Source of the DNA: an uncultured virus (IMG/VR IMGVR_UViG_3300023109_000017)
Taxonomy: Duplodnaviria; Heunggongvirae; Uroviricota; Caudoviricetes
Length of the DNA: 64,000 bases
Strand: one strand, 5' to 3'
IMG/VR virus record: IMGVR_UViG_3300023109_000017
Part shown: positions 45,986 to 55,811 of the stretch, piece by piece
How the letters are laid out: each line of letters starts with the position of its first letter
Numbering within the stretch: position 1 is the stretch's first letter
Position numbers and translations under genes: made by a program
The notes under the pieces: model-generated
Seen by the model: only the letters and a program-made list of their open reading frames with translations
Databases searched by the model: none
What the model was told of the DNA's origin: nothing

Positions 45986-46813
45986 ATGTCGACTAACATT
46001 AAACTGAAAAAGTCCAGTGTTGCTGGACGCATACCTCTTAATACGGACCTTGAGTACGGCGAAGTAGCTATCAACTATGCTGATGGGCGACTGTACTATA
46101 AGACATCTGGTAATACGGTACAGCATTTTCAGAGTAATGATTCAGCACATTTTGATACCCTCACGACAGATAATCTTACTGTTGGTAACTACTCTTTTCC
46201 CACCACAGACGGTACAGCTAACCAGGTTTTAATCACTGATGGATCTGGTACCCTCACCTTTGTTAATAGAGGTTCAGTGGGGCTAGATTCAACAGCTATT
46301 AGTAATATTATTGATAGTCATGTTGATCAGTCATTTGTAAATTTATTAGATGCTAATGCTGGGACATTAGATGGGCAAGATGGTACATTCTATCTTAACT
46401 ATAATAACTTTACTAACGCTCCTATCATTCCTGACTCTGCATTTATTGGCGGAATTGCCTCTAATACAGTAGGCCCAGTTGATTCAAATGAGATAGCTGG
46501 TATTGTTGATAGTGCATTTGTACAACGGTTAATCCAAGAAGATTATGTTGCTACTATTGTTGACTCAGCCTATGTTGCTATTAGATCTGGAGACTTTGTT
46601 AATAACTTTGGTACAGTAGCGGTAGTAGGTGACTTATCAGTAGATGCTACTACTGGCGGTGATACGGTTACATTTGCTGGTGGTACAGGAATTGATATCA
46701 CAACAGATGTTAATAATAAAAGAGTAACGATTGCTTCTACAGCAAATCAAGTTTTTGATTTCGGGACAATATTGAGTCCTGTAGGATTTACATTAGATAT
46801 GGGCGCCATATAG
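45986..46813 (+). CDS. Short fibre-like protein
   Basis: IKLKKSSV.G.IP...L.YGE.AINYADG.LYYK N-terminus; ends LDMGAI. Confidence 0.75.
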   Translation: MSTNIKLKKSSVAGRIPLNTDLEYGEVAINYADGRLYYKTSGNTVQHFQSNDSAHFDTLTTDNLTVGNYSFPTTDGTANQVLITDGSGTLTFVNRGSVGLDSTAISNIIDSHVDQSFVNLLDANAGTLDGQDGTFYLNYNNFTNAPIIPDSAFIGGIASNTVGPVDSNEIAGIVDSAFVQRLIQEDYVATIVDSAYVAIRSGDFVNNFGTVAVVGDLSVDATTGGDTVTFAGGTGIDITTDVNNKRVTIASTANQVFDFGTILSPVGFTLDMGAI

Positions 46814-46816
46814 ACT

Positions 46817-46824
46817 TATAAATA
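46817..46824 (+). promoter_or_regulatory. T4-type late promoter
   Basis: Intergenic TATAAATA. Confidence 0.8.
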
Positions 46825-46849
46825 TAAGCAGAATTTATTGAGGTAATAA

Positions 46850-49800
46850 ATGCCATTACAGTTTAGAAGAGGTACAGATTCAGATAGACTCACGATCACA
46901 CCTGTGGTCGGAGAACCAGTCTTTACCAGCGATACAAACAAGCTATATGTAGGTGACGGATCTACTGTAGGTGGTATAGAGGTTACTGGAACAGATTCAG
47001 CCTCAATTATCAATCTTATTGATTCAGCTTACATTCAAGCTAGGCAGGTAGATCTTCAAAGAGATTCTGCATTTATTACTAATATTGTTGATTCAGCATA
47101 CGTACAGGCGTTGCAGGCAGATCTTCAAAGAGATTCAGCTTTTATTAATAATCTAATAAGTGCTGCTGATACTCATGACTCTGCAGCAGTTCAAGGGCAG
47201 ATTACATCTACCGTTAATGCAACTTACATTAACGCATTAACTATTGATGCTGATACGGTTGGTGGTTTAACAACAGGTTACCTACTTAACTATACTAACT
47301 TTACTAACACTCCTACGATTCCAACCTTTGGTACTGATTATGTAGATTCTGCTACTGTATCAACTATCATCACATCAGATGTAGATGCAGCATTTATTAA
47401 CAACCTAGTTAACATCTTAGATTCAACAAATGTATCTTCAATTATTACTAATGATGTAGATGTAGGATTTGTAAATGCGTTAAATGTTAATGCAGCTACA
47501 TTAAATAGTCAAAACGGACCTTATTATCTAGACTATACTAACTTTACCAATACCCCTACAATTCCTACTTTAGGTACAGACTTTGTAGACTCATCAGAAG
47601 TAAATACTTTAATTGATACAAGAGTTGATAAGACTTTTGTAGATAATTTAAATGTGGATGCAGATACGTTAGATGGCCAAAACGGCACTCATTATCTTGA
47701 CTATACTAATTTCACTAATACTCCTACATTACCGGTATTAGGTACCGACTTTGTTGATTCAGTAGAAGCTAGAAAGCTTGTTTCTGTAACTGATGCAGGC
47801 GGGGATGGCTCATTAGCATATAATAATTCAACAGGCGTATTTACATATACTGGTCCTAGTGCAGCTGAAGTTCAGGCTCATATTACTGGTGGAACTGGAG
47901 TTACTGTTACAGGTGGTCAAATTGATATTGGCCAAAGTGTAGAAACAACTGATAATGTTACTTTTGCTGATATTGATGCTGCTACTCTTACACTTACTGG
48001 TGATCTGGTAGCTGATGATATTACGGCTAATAATTTAACCATTAATGGATCTACTACAACTGTTAACTCAATTACATATACGATTGTTGATCCATTATTA
48101 CATCTTGCTGATAGTAATGAGCAGTCAGATGCAGTAGATATCGGTTTTGTTGGACATTATTCTCCGGATGGAGGTACAACAAAAGAGCATACTGGATTCT
48201 TTAGAGATGCTACTAACAGTGAGTTTTACATCTTTAACGGTCTTCAAGATGCAGCATTTGATTCTACGTTACCTACTAACGTAGTTGATAGGTCAGGTAC
48301 AGGGTTTACTCTTGCCACTCTCAATGTAGGAACCCTTGTAGGTGATTACGCAGGATTCGATTCAGATTTTTCATTAAAGACAACATCTGATCTTACAGAA
48401 GGATCTAGATTATATTATACAGATGCTCGGGCAAATAGTGCAATTGATACTAGAGTTACTAAATCGTTTGTAGATGCTCTTAACGTTGATGCAGATACTC
48501 TTGACGGTCAAAACGGAACCTATTACTTAGATTATAGCAACTTTTCTAATACTCCTACGATTCCTGTATTTGGTACTGACTATGTTGATTCTGCAGCTGT
48601 ATCAACTATTATTACAACTGATGTTAATAATGCATTCGTAAGAGCGGTTATAGATGATTCGACTCTTACTATCGATGGAGACGGTTCGACAGGGGGAGTA
48701 ACCATAGCTGACGGTGGGATAACCATTCGTACAAGCACTGGTAATGTTGCCTATGCAGACTTCTACTGTGAGACCTCTAACGCTCATAGAACAAGACTAA
48801 AATCAGCTTCTCATAGTTCTTATTCTGGTAATGTTGATGTTACTCTACCTACTTCAACAGGTACATTAGCTCTTACTACAGATATTACAACCACTATTGA
48901 CTCTGCGTATATTAATGCAAGAACTACAGCTGGCACAGACTCAGCTGCTACTATCGCACTTATTACTGCTACTGTTGATAGTGCCTATGTCGCTCTTAGA
49001 GAAGCAGACGCAGGTGGCGGAGGTGGTTCTGGAACTGTAGATTCTGCTCAGACTATATCTTTAATTACTGATACTGTTGACAGTGATTATGTATCTGCAA
49101 GAACTGCGTTTACTGCAGCTCTTAATATTAATAAATTTAACTATACTGCTACTGCTGCTCAAACAACGTTTACTGGCGCGGATGCTAATGGTACAACGTT
49201 AAGCTACACACCTGGTAATGTTTTAATACACCTTAACGGCTTTTTGCTTAAAGAAACAGTTGACTATACAGCCACTAATGGTACAAGTATTGTATTAAAC
49301 AGTGCAGCTGATGCTGGTAATGAACTTGCTATTACGTCATTCAGTGGAGGTAAAGTTTCTGCAGGTGGCATAAATACATTTAGCTTTATTGCTGATTCAG
49401 GTCAAACAACGTTTACCGGTGCAGACGCTAATGGAACTACTTTAGATTATAGCGCAGGTAATACTCAAGTATTCTTAAACGGTATTCTATTAGATGATGC
49501 AGATTATACTGCAACAAACGGTAGTTCTGTAATACTTGCTTCTGCTGCTGATTCAGCGGACTATTTGAATATTGCTTCATATCATATGCTACAGTCTAGT
49601 GTATGGAATACTTCGAGTACAAATGTTAATGCATCTGCCGGTGATAAATTATTCATCGATGTATCAAGCGGAACAGTTCAAGTAACGTTACCGGCTGGAC
49701 CATCGATGGGAGATGAAGTAAGAATTATTGATGGTGAAGGTAATGCAGCAACGAATAATATCACAGTTGCGCGAAATGGTAGTAAAATTCAAGCCGGGGA

Positions 49801-49888
49801 CTCAGACTTTATTATTGACTTTGATAGAGCAGGTGTCGGATTTGTTTATTATAATGCAACTAACGGATGGGTATTGATAGAGAACTAA
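46850..49888 (+). CDS. Tail fibre-like protein, DSA-repeat rich, 1012 aa
   Basis: LQFRRGT...GEP....DT.KLYVGDG.T.GG (Mtd_N-like); DADTL.G.NG.YYLDY.NF.NTP repeats; C-terminal TLP..P..GD...IID....A.NNITV.RNG..I domain. Confidence 0.85.
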   Translation: MPLQFRRGTDSDRLTITPVVGEPVFTSDTNKLYVGDGSTVGGIEVTGTDSASIINLIDSAYIQARQVDLQRDSAFITNIVDSAYVQALQADLQRDSAFINNLISAADTHDSAAVQGQITSTVNATYINALTIDADTVGGLTTGYLLNYTNFTNTPTIPTFGTDYVDSATVSTIITSDVDAAFINNLVNILDSTNVSSIITNDVDVGFVNALNVNAATLNSQNGPYYLDYTNFTNTPTIPTLGTDFVDSSEVNTLIDTRVDKTFVDNLNVDADTLDGQNGTHYLDYTNFTNTPTLPVLGTDFVDSVEARKLVSVTDAGGDGSLAYNNSTGVFTYTGPSAAEVQAHITGGTGVTVTGGQIDIGQSVETTDNVTFADIDAATLTLTGDLVADDITANNLTINGSTTTVNSITYTIVDPLLHLADSNEQSDAVDIGFVGHYSPDGGTTKEHTGFFRDATNSEFYIFNGLQDAAFDSTLPTNVVDRSGTGFTLATLNVGTLVGDYAGFDSDFSLKTTSDLTEGSRLYYTDARANSAIDTRVTKSFVDALNVDADTLDGQNGTYYLDYSNFSNTPTIPVFGTDYVDSAAVSTIITTDVNNAFVRAVIDDSTLTIDGDGSTGGVTIADGGITIRTSTGNVAYADFYCETSNAHRTRLKSASHSSYSGNVDVTLPTSTGTLALTTDITTTIDSAYINARTTAGTDSAATIALITATVDSAYVALREADAGGGGGSGTVDSAQTISLITDTVDSDYVSARTAFTAALNINKFNYTATAAQTTFTGADANGTTLSYTPGNVLIHLNGFLLKETVDYTATNGTSIVLNSAADAGNELAITSFSGGKVSAGGINTFSFIADSGQTTFTGADANGTTLDYSAGNTQVFLNGILLDDADYTATNGSSVILASAADSADYLNIASYHMLQSSVWNTSSTNVNASAGDKLFIDVSSGTVQVTLPAGPSMGDEVRIIDGEGNAATNNITVARNGSKIQAGDSDFIIDFDRAGVGFVYYNATNGWVLIEN

Positions 49889-49889
49889 T

Positions 49890-52316
49890 ATGGCAAATAA
49901 CAGATATTCTCAAGTAAAAGCAAAAAGAGTTACCAAAGGTTTAGCTGCAGGAGCTATCGGAGGAGGAGGCAGTTCTATTACTACCTATGACTCTACCACA
50001 GATCTTCCATTATCAGGAGTATCTGCAGGAGATCAAGCATTTGTTACCGGGTCAAACAGAATGTATGTGAGTAACGGTACAGGATGGTATTCGGTTAGCC
50101 TTGTAAACACTAATCCTTCTATTACTTCAGTACAGGACTCTGATGGAGGATCTACACCATTTACTCTTGCTACTGATGGCTCTGCAACTGTTATTACTAT
50201 TACTGCATCAGATCCAGAAGATGTGCCATTAACATATGGCTATAGCGTAACGAGCGGAAGCTTGACTAATGGTGGTGGTACCACCGCAACTGTTGTGCAA
50301 GGGACTGATTCTGATGTAAATAAATTTACTATTACTCCGTCATCCACAGAAGCGTATGAAGGAACCTTTGAGTTAACCTTTACAGCTAGCGATGGTATTA
50401 ACCAAGGTACCAATGCTAATAGCTTTACATTACAGTTTATTACTATAGTTACAAATAGTAAATATACTACCTTATTAGCGACAACAGTAGATACGTCAGA
50501 CAATAATAATATAACAGATGCATCCACTAATAACCATAGCATTACCGTAAATGGAGATGCACATGCTGGTACGGTTAGCCCGTATCGCAGCGGAGGTTAT
50601 TCTACTTATTTTGACGGCTCTGGCGGTTATTTATCCATTGCTCAAACAACAGACACAAATTTAACTGGCGACTTTACAGTAGAGTGCTGGGTATATTTAA
50701 ACGAAGATAAAAATCAATTTTTTGTTAGTAAATGGGCCACTACCAATTTCGGTTGGAATCTATTTGCATATGGCAGCGACTCAATTGTTTTTTATACTGG
50801 AAATAGCGGAAGTGTTGGCACTCTTATTGACTTTAATTATAATCCGCCATTACACCAGTGGATGCATGTGGCAGTATCGCGTACTTCAAATACAATTTCT
50901 GGATATGTGAATGGAACTAGAAAGATAGTTATGGGCAATATATCATCGAATTGCACCTCTAATACATCACTTACTATAGGAGGCCATCAGCCGGGCTGGA
51001 GTTTAAACGGTTACTTGAGAGATGTTCGTATAGTTAATGGAACTGGACTTTATTCTGGAACAAGTATTACAATTCCAGAAAGCCCACTTACTGCTATCAC
51101 AAATACAAAAGTTTTACTTGGTGATTTACCTTATTTTAAAGATCAATCTGCATTAAATCATGCAATTACAGTAAATGGCAGCCCCTCTACAAAACCATTT
51201 TCACCCTACGACTACAACAAATACTCAGCAGCAGATCACGGTGGGTCTGTGTATTTTGATGGGAGTGGAGATTATTTACAGACAGCCAACCCTTTAAGTT
51301 TATCAGGAGATTTTACAGTTAGTGCTTGGGTTTATCCGGAAGGCGCTTCTAAAGTGCAAGTGATTGCCTCTCCAAACTTATCACCTAATAATCAATTTTT
51401 TATCGACGAAAATAATTTTATGGGTACATATGATGGTAATAGTACTCATAACGCTCAGGGATTCGGTGTAAAGAGAAATGCCTGGAATTATTTAGTATGG
51501 TCACGTTCAGGATCAAGTTTAAATATGTATCTTAACGGAGAACAATCTTCAAATTCTCCTGCAGTTACCAATACATATAATTTACAAAATATAGGAATCT
51601 TGTCAGGTGCAAATGGTCCGATGCAGGGTTATATATCTGACTTACAAGTAAAAACAACTTCAACTTCGGCAGCTAATGCAGCTCCACCAACTGCTCCACC
51701 ATCTTCAACTGGCGCAGCACTACATATCAAAGGCACAGATGCTTCTATCATAGATAAATCTCAAGGCTCTAACCTAAAGCTGGTTGCCAATACTACTGGA
51801 TCAACTACTCAGGTTAAGTTTGCTAATACTAAATCGATGTATTTTGATGGAACTGGAGATAATATACGGTTTGATACAATATCATTAGAGGGTAATTTTA
51901 CATTAGAATACTGGTTAAAATTGTCTACATATAATGCCGATGCTGGTATCTTTGGTGATACTGGAGCTACTAATTCTCAACAACGAATTAACCATAATGG
52001 TACATTTGGAAAAATAATGTTGTATGATGATGGGTATGTGCATCAAACAACTAACTGTTTTACTCAAAGTGAGGCGGAAGATTGGATGCACATTGCATAT
52101 AGCAGACAAAATGGAAGTTTTAAATTATACGTAAACGGTGTTCAAAAAGAATCGATTACAAGTTCTACAGTAATTAATGTAAATATATTAGGAGCGGGTG
52201 GTTACCTAGGGGGAAATGATCATCTAAATGGCTACATCCAAGACTTCCGTATCACTAAAGGGCTAGCTCGCTATACCGCAAACTTTACACCACCAACTGC
52301 TTCATTAGAAGGTTAA
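49890..52316 (+). CDS. Virion protein with three ConA-like lectin/LamG domains
   Basis: Three S.YFDG.G..L...GDFT.E.W...W.H.A.SR......YVNG...GY..D.RI units. Confidence 0.85.
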   Translation: MANNRYSQVKAKRVTKGLAAGAIGGGGSSITTYDSTTDLPLSGVSAGDQAFVTGSNRMYVSNGTGWYSVSLVNTNPSITSVQDSDGGSTPFTLATDGSATVITITASDPEDVPLTYGYSVTSGSLTNGGGTTATVVQGTDSDVNKFTITPSSTEAYEGTFELTFTASDGINQGTNANSFTLQFITIVTNSKYTTLLATTVDTSDNNNITDASTNNHSITVNGDAHAGTVSPYRSGGYSTYFDGSGGYLSIAQTTDTNLTGDFTVECWVYLNEDKNQFFVSKWATTNFGWNLFAYGSDSIVFYTGNSGSVGTLIDFNYNPPLHQWMHVAVSRTSNTISGYVNGTRKIVMGNISSNCTSNTSLTIGGHQPGWSLNGYLRDVRIVNGTGLYSGTSITIPESPLTAITNTKVLLGDLPYFKDQSALNHAITVNGSPSTKPFSPYDYNKYSAADHGGSVYFDGSGDYLQTANPLSLSGDFTVSAWVYPEGASKVQVIASPNLSPNNQFFIDENNFMGTYDGNSTHNAQGFGVKRNAWNYLVWSRSGSSLNMYLNGEQSSNSPAVTNTYNLQNIGILSGANGPMQGYISDLQVKTTSTSAANAAPPTAPPSSTGAALHIKGTDASIIDKSQGSNLKLVANTTGSTTQVKFANTKSMYFDGTGDNIRFDTISLEGNFTLEYWLKLSTYNADAGIFGDTGATNSQQRINHNGTFGKIMLYDDGYVHQTTNCFTQSEAEDWMHIAYSRQNGSFKLYVNGVQKESITSSTVINVNILGAGGYLGGNDHLNGYIQDFRITKGLARYTANFTPPTASLEG

Positions 52317-52324
52317 TCTTCTCT

Positions 52325-52332
52325 TATAAATA
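52325..52332 (+). promoter_or_regulatory. T4-type late promoter
   Basis: Intergenic TATAAATA. Confidence 0.8.
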
Positions 52333-52361
52333 CTATAAATTAAAACTAAAGAAAGTTTAAG

Positions 52362-55300
52362 ATGAGTCAGGCACGTAATTTATCAGGATTTTTAGCTAAG
52401 GTACTAGCATCTGGTGACCTAACCGACTCAGGTGTTGATGCGGTTAAGCTAGGTGGAAAGGATAGTAGTTACTATCTAGACTATAACAACCTCGCTAATG
52501 TTCCAGCTACTGGAACAGATTCTACTGCAGTTTCTGCTATTATTACTTCAGATGTTGATGCAGCCTTTATTAACGCATTAACCATTGATGCAGACACTCT
52601 TGGGGGACAGAATAGCGCTTACTATCTTAACTATAACAACCTCGGTAATCAACCTAATATACTTGATTCCACAAACGTATCGTCTGTTATTACAGCAGAT
52701 GTTGATGCTGCTTTTATTAACGCATTAACTATTGATGCAGATACGTTAGGTGGTAATGCAGGTTCCTATTACTTAGACTACTCTAACTTTACCAACACTC
52801 CAACTCTTCCAGTACTAGGAACTGACTTTGTTGATTCCGTTGAAGCAAGAGGATTAATATCCGTAACAGATCTTGGCGGAGATGGCTCATTAGCTTATAA
52901 TAGCAGTAATGGCATCTTAACCTATACAGGACCTAGTGCTGCAGAAGTAAGAGCACATTTTAGTGCTGGTACTGGAGTAACAGTATCTTCAGGTCAAATA
53001 TCTGTAGGTCAAGCAGTAGGTACGACTGATAACGTCACATTCAATGATATGATTGTCAGTGGGGATCTAACAGTATCTGGTACTACAACTACTGTAAATT
53101 CGAATACAGTTCATATTGGTGATAATATTATATCTCTTAACCATGACGAGACTGGTACTCCTTCTCAGGATGCTGGTATTGAGATTGAAAGAGGAACATC
53201 AACTAATAAAACTCTTGTCTGGAATGAAACTACAGATAAGTGGACAGTAGGATCTGAGACGTTTGTTGCCGGAATGTTTGAAGGTAGTGTAGCTGCTACC
53301 ACACTTACTGCTGATTCTGCTACATTAGGAGCAGTAGAAGGATTTAGTCATCTTAAGGCGCCTCACTCAGCAACAACAAAAACATATACTGTAACTGTAG
53401 CTACAAAGACATCAGCTCACAGATATAACGGAACTGGGTCTAGTAACGGTTTTGTCATTGATGGCATGGAAGCGCCGTTCCTAACATTAACTCCAGGTCG
53501 CACATATAGATTTGATCAAGCTGATGCTACTAACAGTGGTCATCCTTTCAGATTCTACTATGATGTAGCAAAGAACGATTCGTACACCACAGATATTACT
53601 ACCGCTGGTACAGCTGGTAGCTCTGGAGCATATACAGAGATTACTGTTACAGATACTACACCTTTAGTATTACATTATCAGTGCTCTGCTCATTCTAATA
53701 TGGGTAACGCTGTTCAGACTAATGCCAGAAACTTAACTGGCTTTACTACAGACGATCTAGCTGAAGGTACTACAAACCTATACGGAGGCGGTGGCGGAAC
53801 CGACTCAGCAGCTACTATTAGTCTCATTCAAGGAACTGTAGACTCTGCATATATTAGTTCTAAATTAGTTTCTGGCTCTACTATTACCACAACTAATTCT
53901 ACTATAGTAAGATATGCAAGACTTGAATTAACAGCTAATCAAAGTATAAGCGGTACAACACACACTGTACTTAATTTTAATACAAGATCTATTGATAATA
54001 GCACAGGTAATTTACTCACCACTACTTTAGGAAGTGGCAAGTTTATTATACCAGCTGGAGTAACTAAGGTTAGATTCAAAGCATCTGCTCAAGGTTCTAG
54101 TGTAACAGATCAATTTATTCTTAAAATGCTGAAGAATGGATCTAATGCTGTAACTACCAATTTTGATATAGCATCTACAGGAAATGATTATCCTGCTGTA
54201 TTTACAGGTATTGAGAGTGTAGTTGAAGGAGATTACTTTCAAGTAACCTCATATTCTCAGAATTCTAGAACTGTAAGCGCCGGTGATTTTACATGGTTTG
54301 AGTTAGAAGTTCTGGAAGGATCAATACTTAACGAAACTACCAATATTGCCGTGGATCTTTCTGCGCTCAATAATGTTAACTCTGCCTCTCCTGTAAACGG
54401 ACAAGCCTTAGTATGGGATTCAGCAAACTCATATTGGAAACCCGGCGATGTTGCTAGTGGATCAGGTACAGTAGACTCAGCACAAACTATATCCTTAGCG
54501 AGAAGTTCTCTATCAATAACTACTGCCGCAGCTAATGCTGGAGGAGCTTTAGGTTATAACAACTCAACAGGTGTATTTACATTTGCCCCTGCAGACGTAT
54601 CAGGAGGTGGTGTTAATGTTGCCGCTTCTTATGTAGAAGACTATACTACAACTATCTACACTGCAACAGCTGGGTTAACAACATTTAATGCTTCTAGTTC
54701 TCCTGCACTTCCTGCATATACAGCAGGTAAGATTGGCGTGTTTGTTAACGGTGTAAAACGTACAGATTTTATAGCGACTGATGGCACATCAGTAGTAATG
54801 ACAAATGCGCTAGCTTTAAATGATCACGTTGAGATTATTAACTTTGGTGGTCCTTTAAGATCAGCTCAAGATCCTCTTACTGAAACTAAATTTACAGCAA
54901 CCGCTGGTCAGACCGCATTTGCTCTTAATTATACAGCCGGTCATATTACAGTATTTTTAAATGGTGCTAAACTATCAGCTGATGATTATACTGCAACTAA
55001 TGGCACATCAGTAGTCTTAACAACAGGAGCAGCTCTTAATGATGTTGTAGAAGTTATTGAGCATGGTGTAGCATTCGCTACTCCTTACAGCGCTACTCAC
55101 TATACAAAGGGTGTAAGCGGTAATGTATCTGGTAATATTGTATCTAGTTTAACATACACTCCAGGTAAAGAAGCAGTATATCTTAACGGCATTAAATTAC
55201 TAAGCGGTGATGATTATACAACAGTAGATAGCGGTAGCTCAATTACATTTATAAATAGCATTGTCGATAGCGATAGAATTGAAGTTGTCGATCACGGAAT

Positions 55301-55436
55301 TGTAACAGAGGCAACTCTAGGATTAGACTCAGCTGCAACAATTAATTTAATTGATTCTGACTACGTTGCTGCAAGAGCAGGATCGGGCGGAGTAACAACA
55401 GGTAAGGCAATAGCGATGGCTATTGTATTTGGATGA
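52362..55436 (+). CDS. Mosaic tail fibre-like protein with cupredoxin-like domain
   Basis: Shares modules with the other fibres; GHP...YQCSAHSNMG; three YT.G...V.LNG.....DY units; ends GKAIAMAIVFG. Confidence 0.8.
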   Translation: MSQARNLSGFLAKVLASGDLTDSGVDAVKLGGKDSSYYLDYNNLANVPATGTDSTAVSAIITSDVDAAFINALTIDADTLGGQNSAYYLNYNNLGNQPNILDSTNVSSVITADVDAAFINALTIDADTLGGNAGSYYLDYSNFTNTPTLPVLGTDFVDSVEARGLISVTDLGGDGSLAYNSSNGILTYTGPSAAEVRAHFSAGTGVTVSSGQISVGQAVGTTDNVTFNDMIVSGDLTVSGTTTTVNSNTVHIGDNIISLNHDETGTPSQDAGIEIERGTSTNKTLVWNETTDKWTVGSETFVAGMFEGSVAATTLTADSATLGAVEGFSHLKAPHSATTKTYTVTVATKTSAHRYNGTGSSNGFVIDGMEAPFLTLTPGRTYRFDQADATNSGHPFRFYYDVAKNDSYTTDITTAGTAGSSGAYTEITVTDTTPLVLHYQCSAHSNMGNAVQTNARNLTGFTTDDLAEGTTNLYGGGGGTDSAATISLIQGTVDSAYISSKLVSGSTITTTNSTIVRYARLELTANQSISGTTHTVLNFNTRSIDNSTGNLLTTTLGSGKFIIPAGVTKVRFKASAQGSSVTDQFILKMLKNGSNAVTTNFDIASTGNDYPAVFTGIESVVEGDYFQVTSYSQNSRTVSAGDFTWFELEVLEGSILNETTNIAVDLSALNNVNSASPVNGQALVWDSANSYWKPGDVASGSGTVDSAQTISLARSSLSITTAAANAGGALGYNNSTGVFTFAPADVSGGGVNVAASYVEDYTTTIYTATAGLTTFNASSSPALPAYTAGKIGVFVNGVKRTDFIATDGTSVVMTNALALNDHVEIINFGGPLRSAQDPLTETKFTATAGQTAFALNYTAGHITVFLNGAKLSADDYTATNGTSVVLTTGAALNDVVEVIEHGVAFATPYSATHYTKGVSGNVSGNIVSSLTYTPGKEAVYLNGIKLLSGDDYTTVDSGSSITFINSIVDSDRIEVVDHGIVTEATLGLDSAATINLIDSDYVAARAGSGGVTTGKAIAMAIVFG

Positions 55437-55451
55437 TAACGGAGAAAATTA

Positions 55452-55811
55452 ATGGCAAATCCTAATATAGTAGCCGTAACAGAAATACTTGGAGAAAGTG
55501 TTGGCGCTGTAGCTACTACTTCTTTTGTTAATATAGTAACTAATACTGCTAGCAGCGGAAAAGTTTATAAGATTAATTCTCTTATTGCTACTAATATTGA
55601 TACTGTTGGCGCTCAAGATATTTCTGTAAATTATGTATCAGGGGGATCTTCTTATGCACTAGCTAGAAATATTTCCATTCCTACAACATCAAGTTTAGTA
55701 GCTGTTGCAAAAGATAGTGGAATTTATCTAAATGAAGGAGATTCTATAGCTATTAAAGGGGGTGTAGCTTCGGTATTAGAGGTTGTATGTTCTTATGAGA
55801 TTATATCATGA
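55452..55811 (+). CDS. Small virion structural/adaptor protein
   Basis: MANPNIV.V..I.G, GKV.KINS....N.D, IYL.EGD.I, VCSYE.IS; GGAGA RBS. Confidence 0.7.
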   Translation: MANPNIVAVTEILGESVGAVATTSFVNIVTNTASSGKVYKINSLIATNIDTVGAQDISVNYVSGGSSYALARNISIPTTSSLVAVAKDSGIYLNEGDSIAIKGGVASVLEVVCSYEIIS

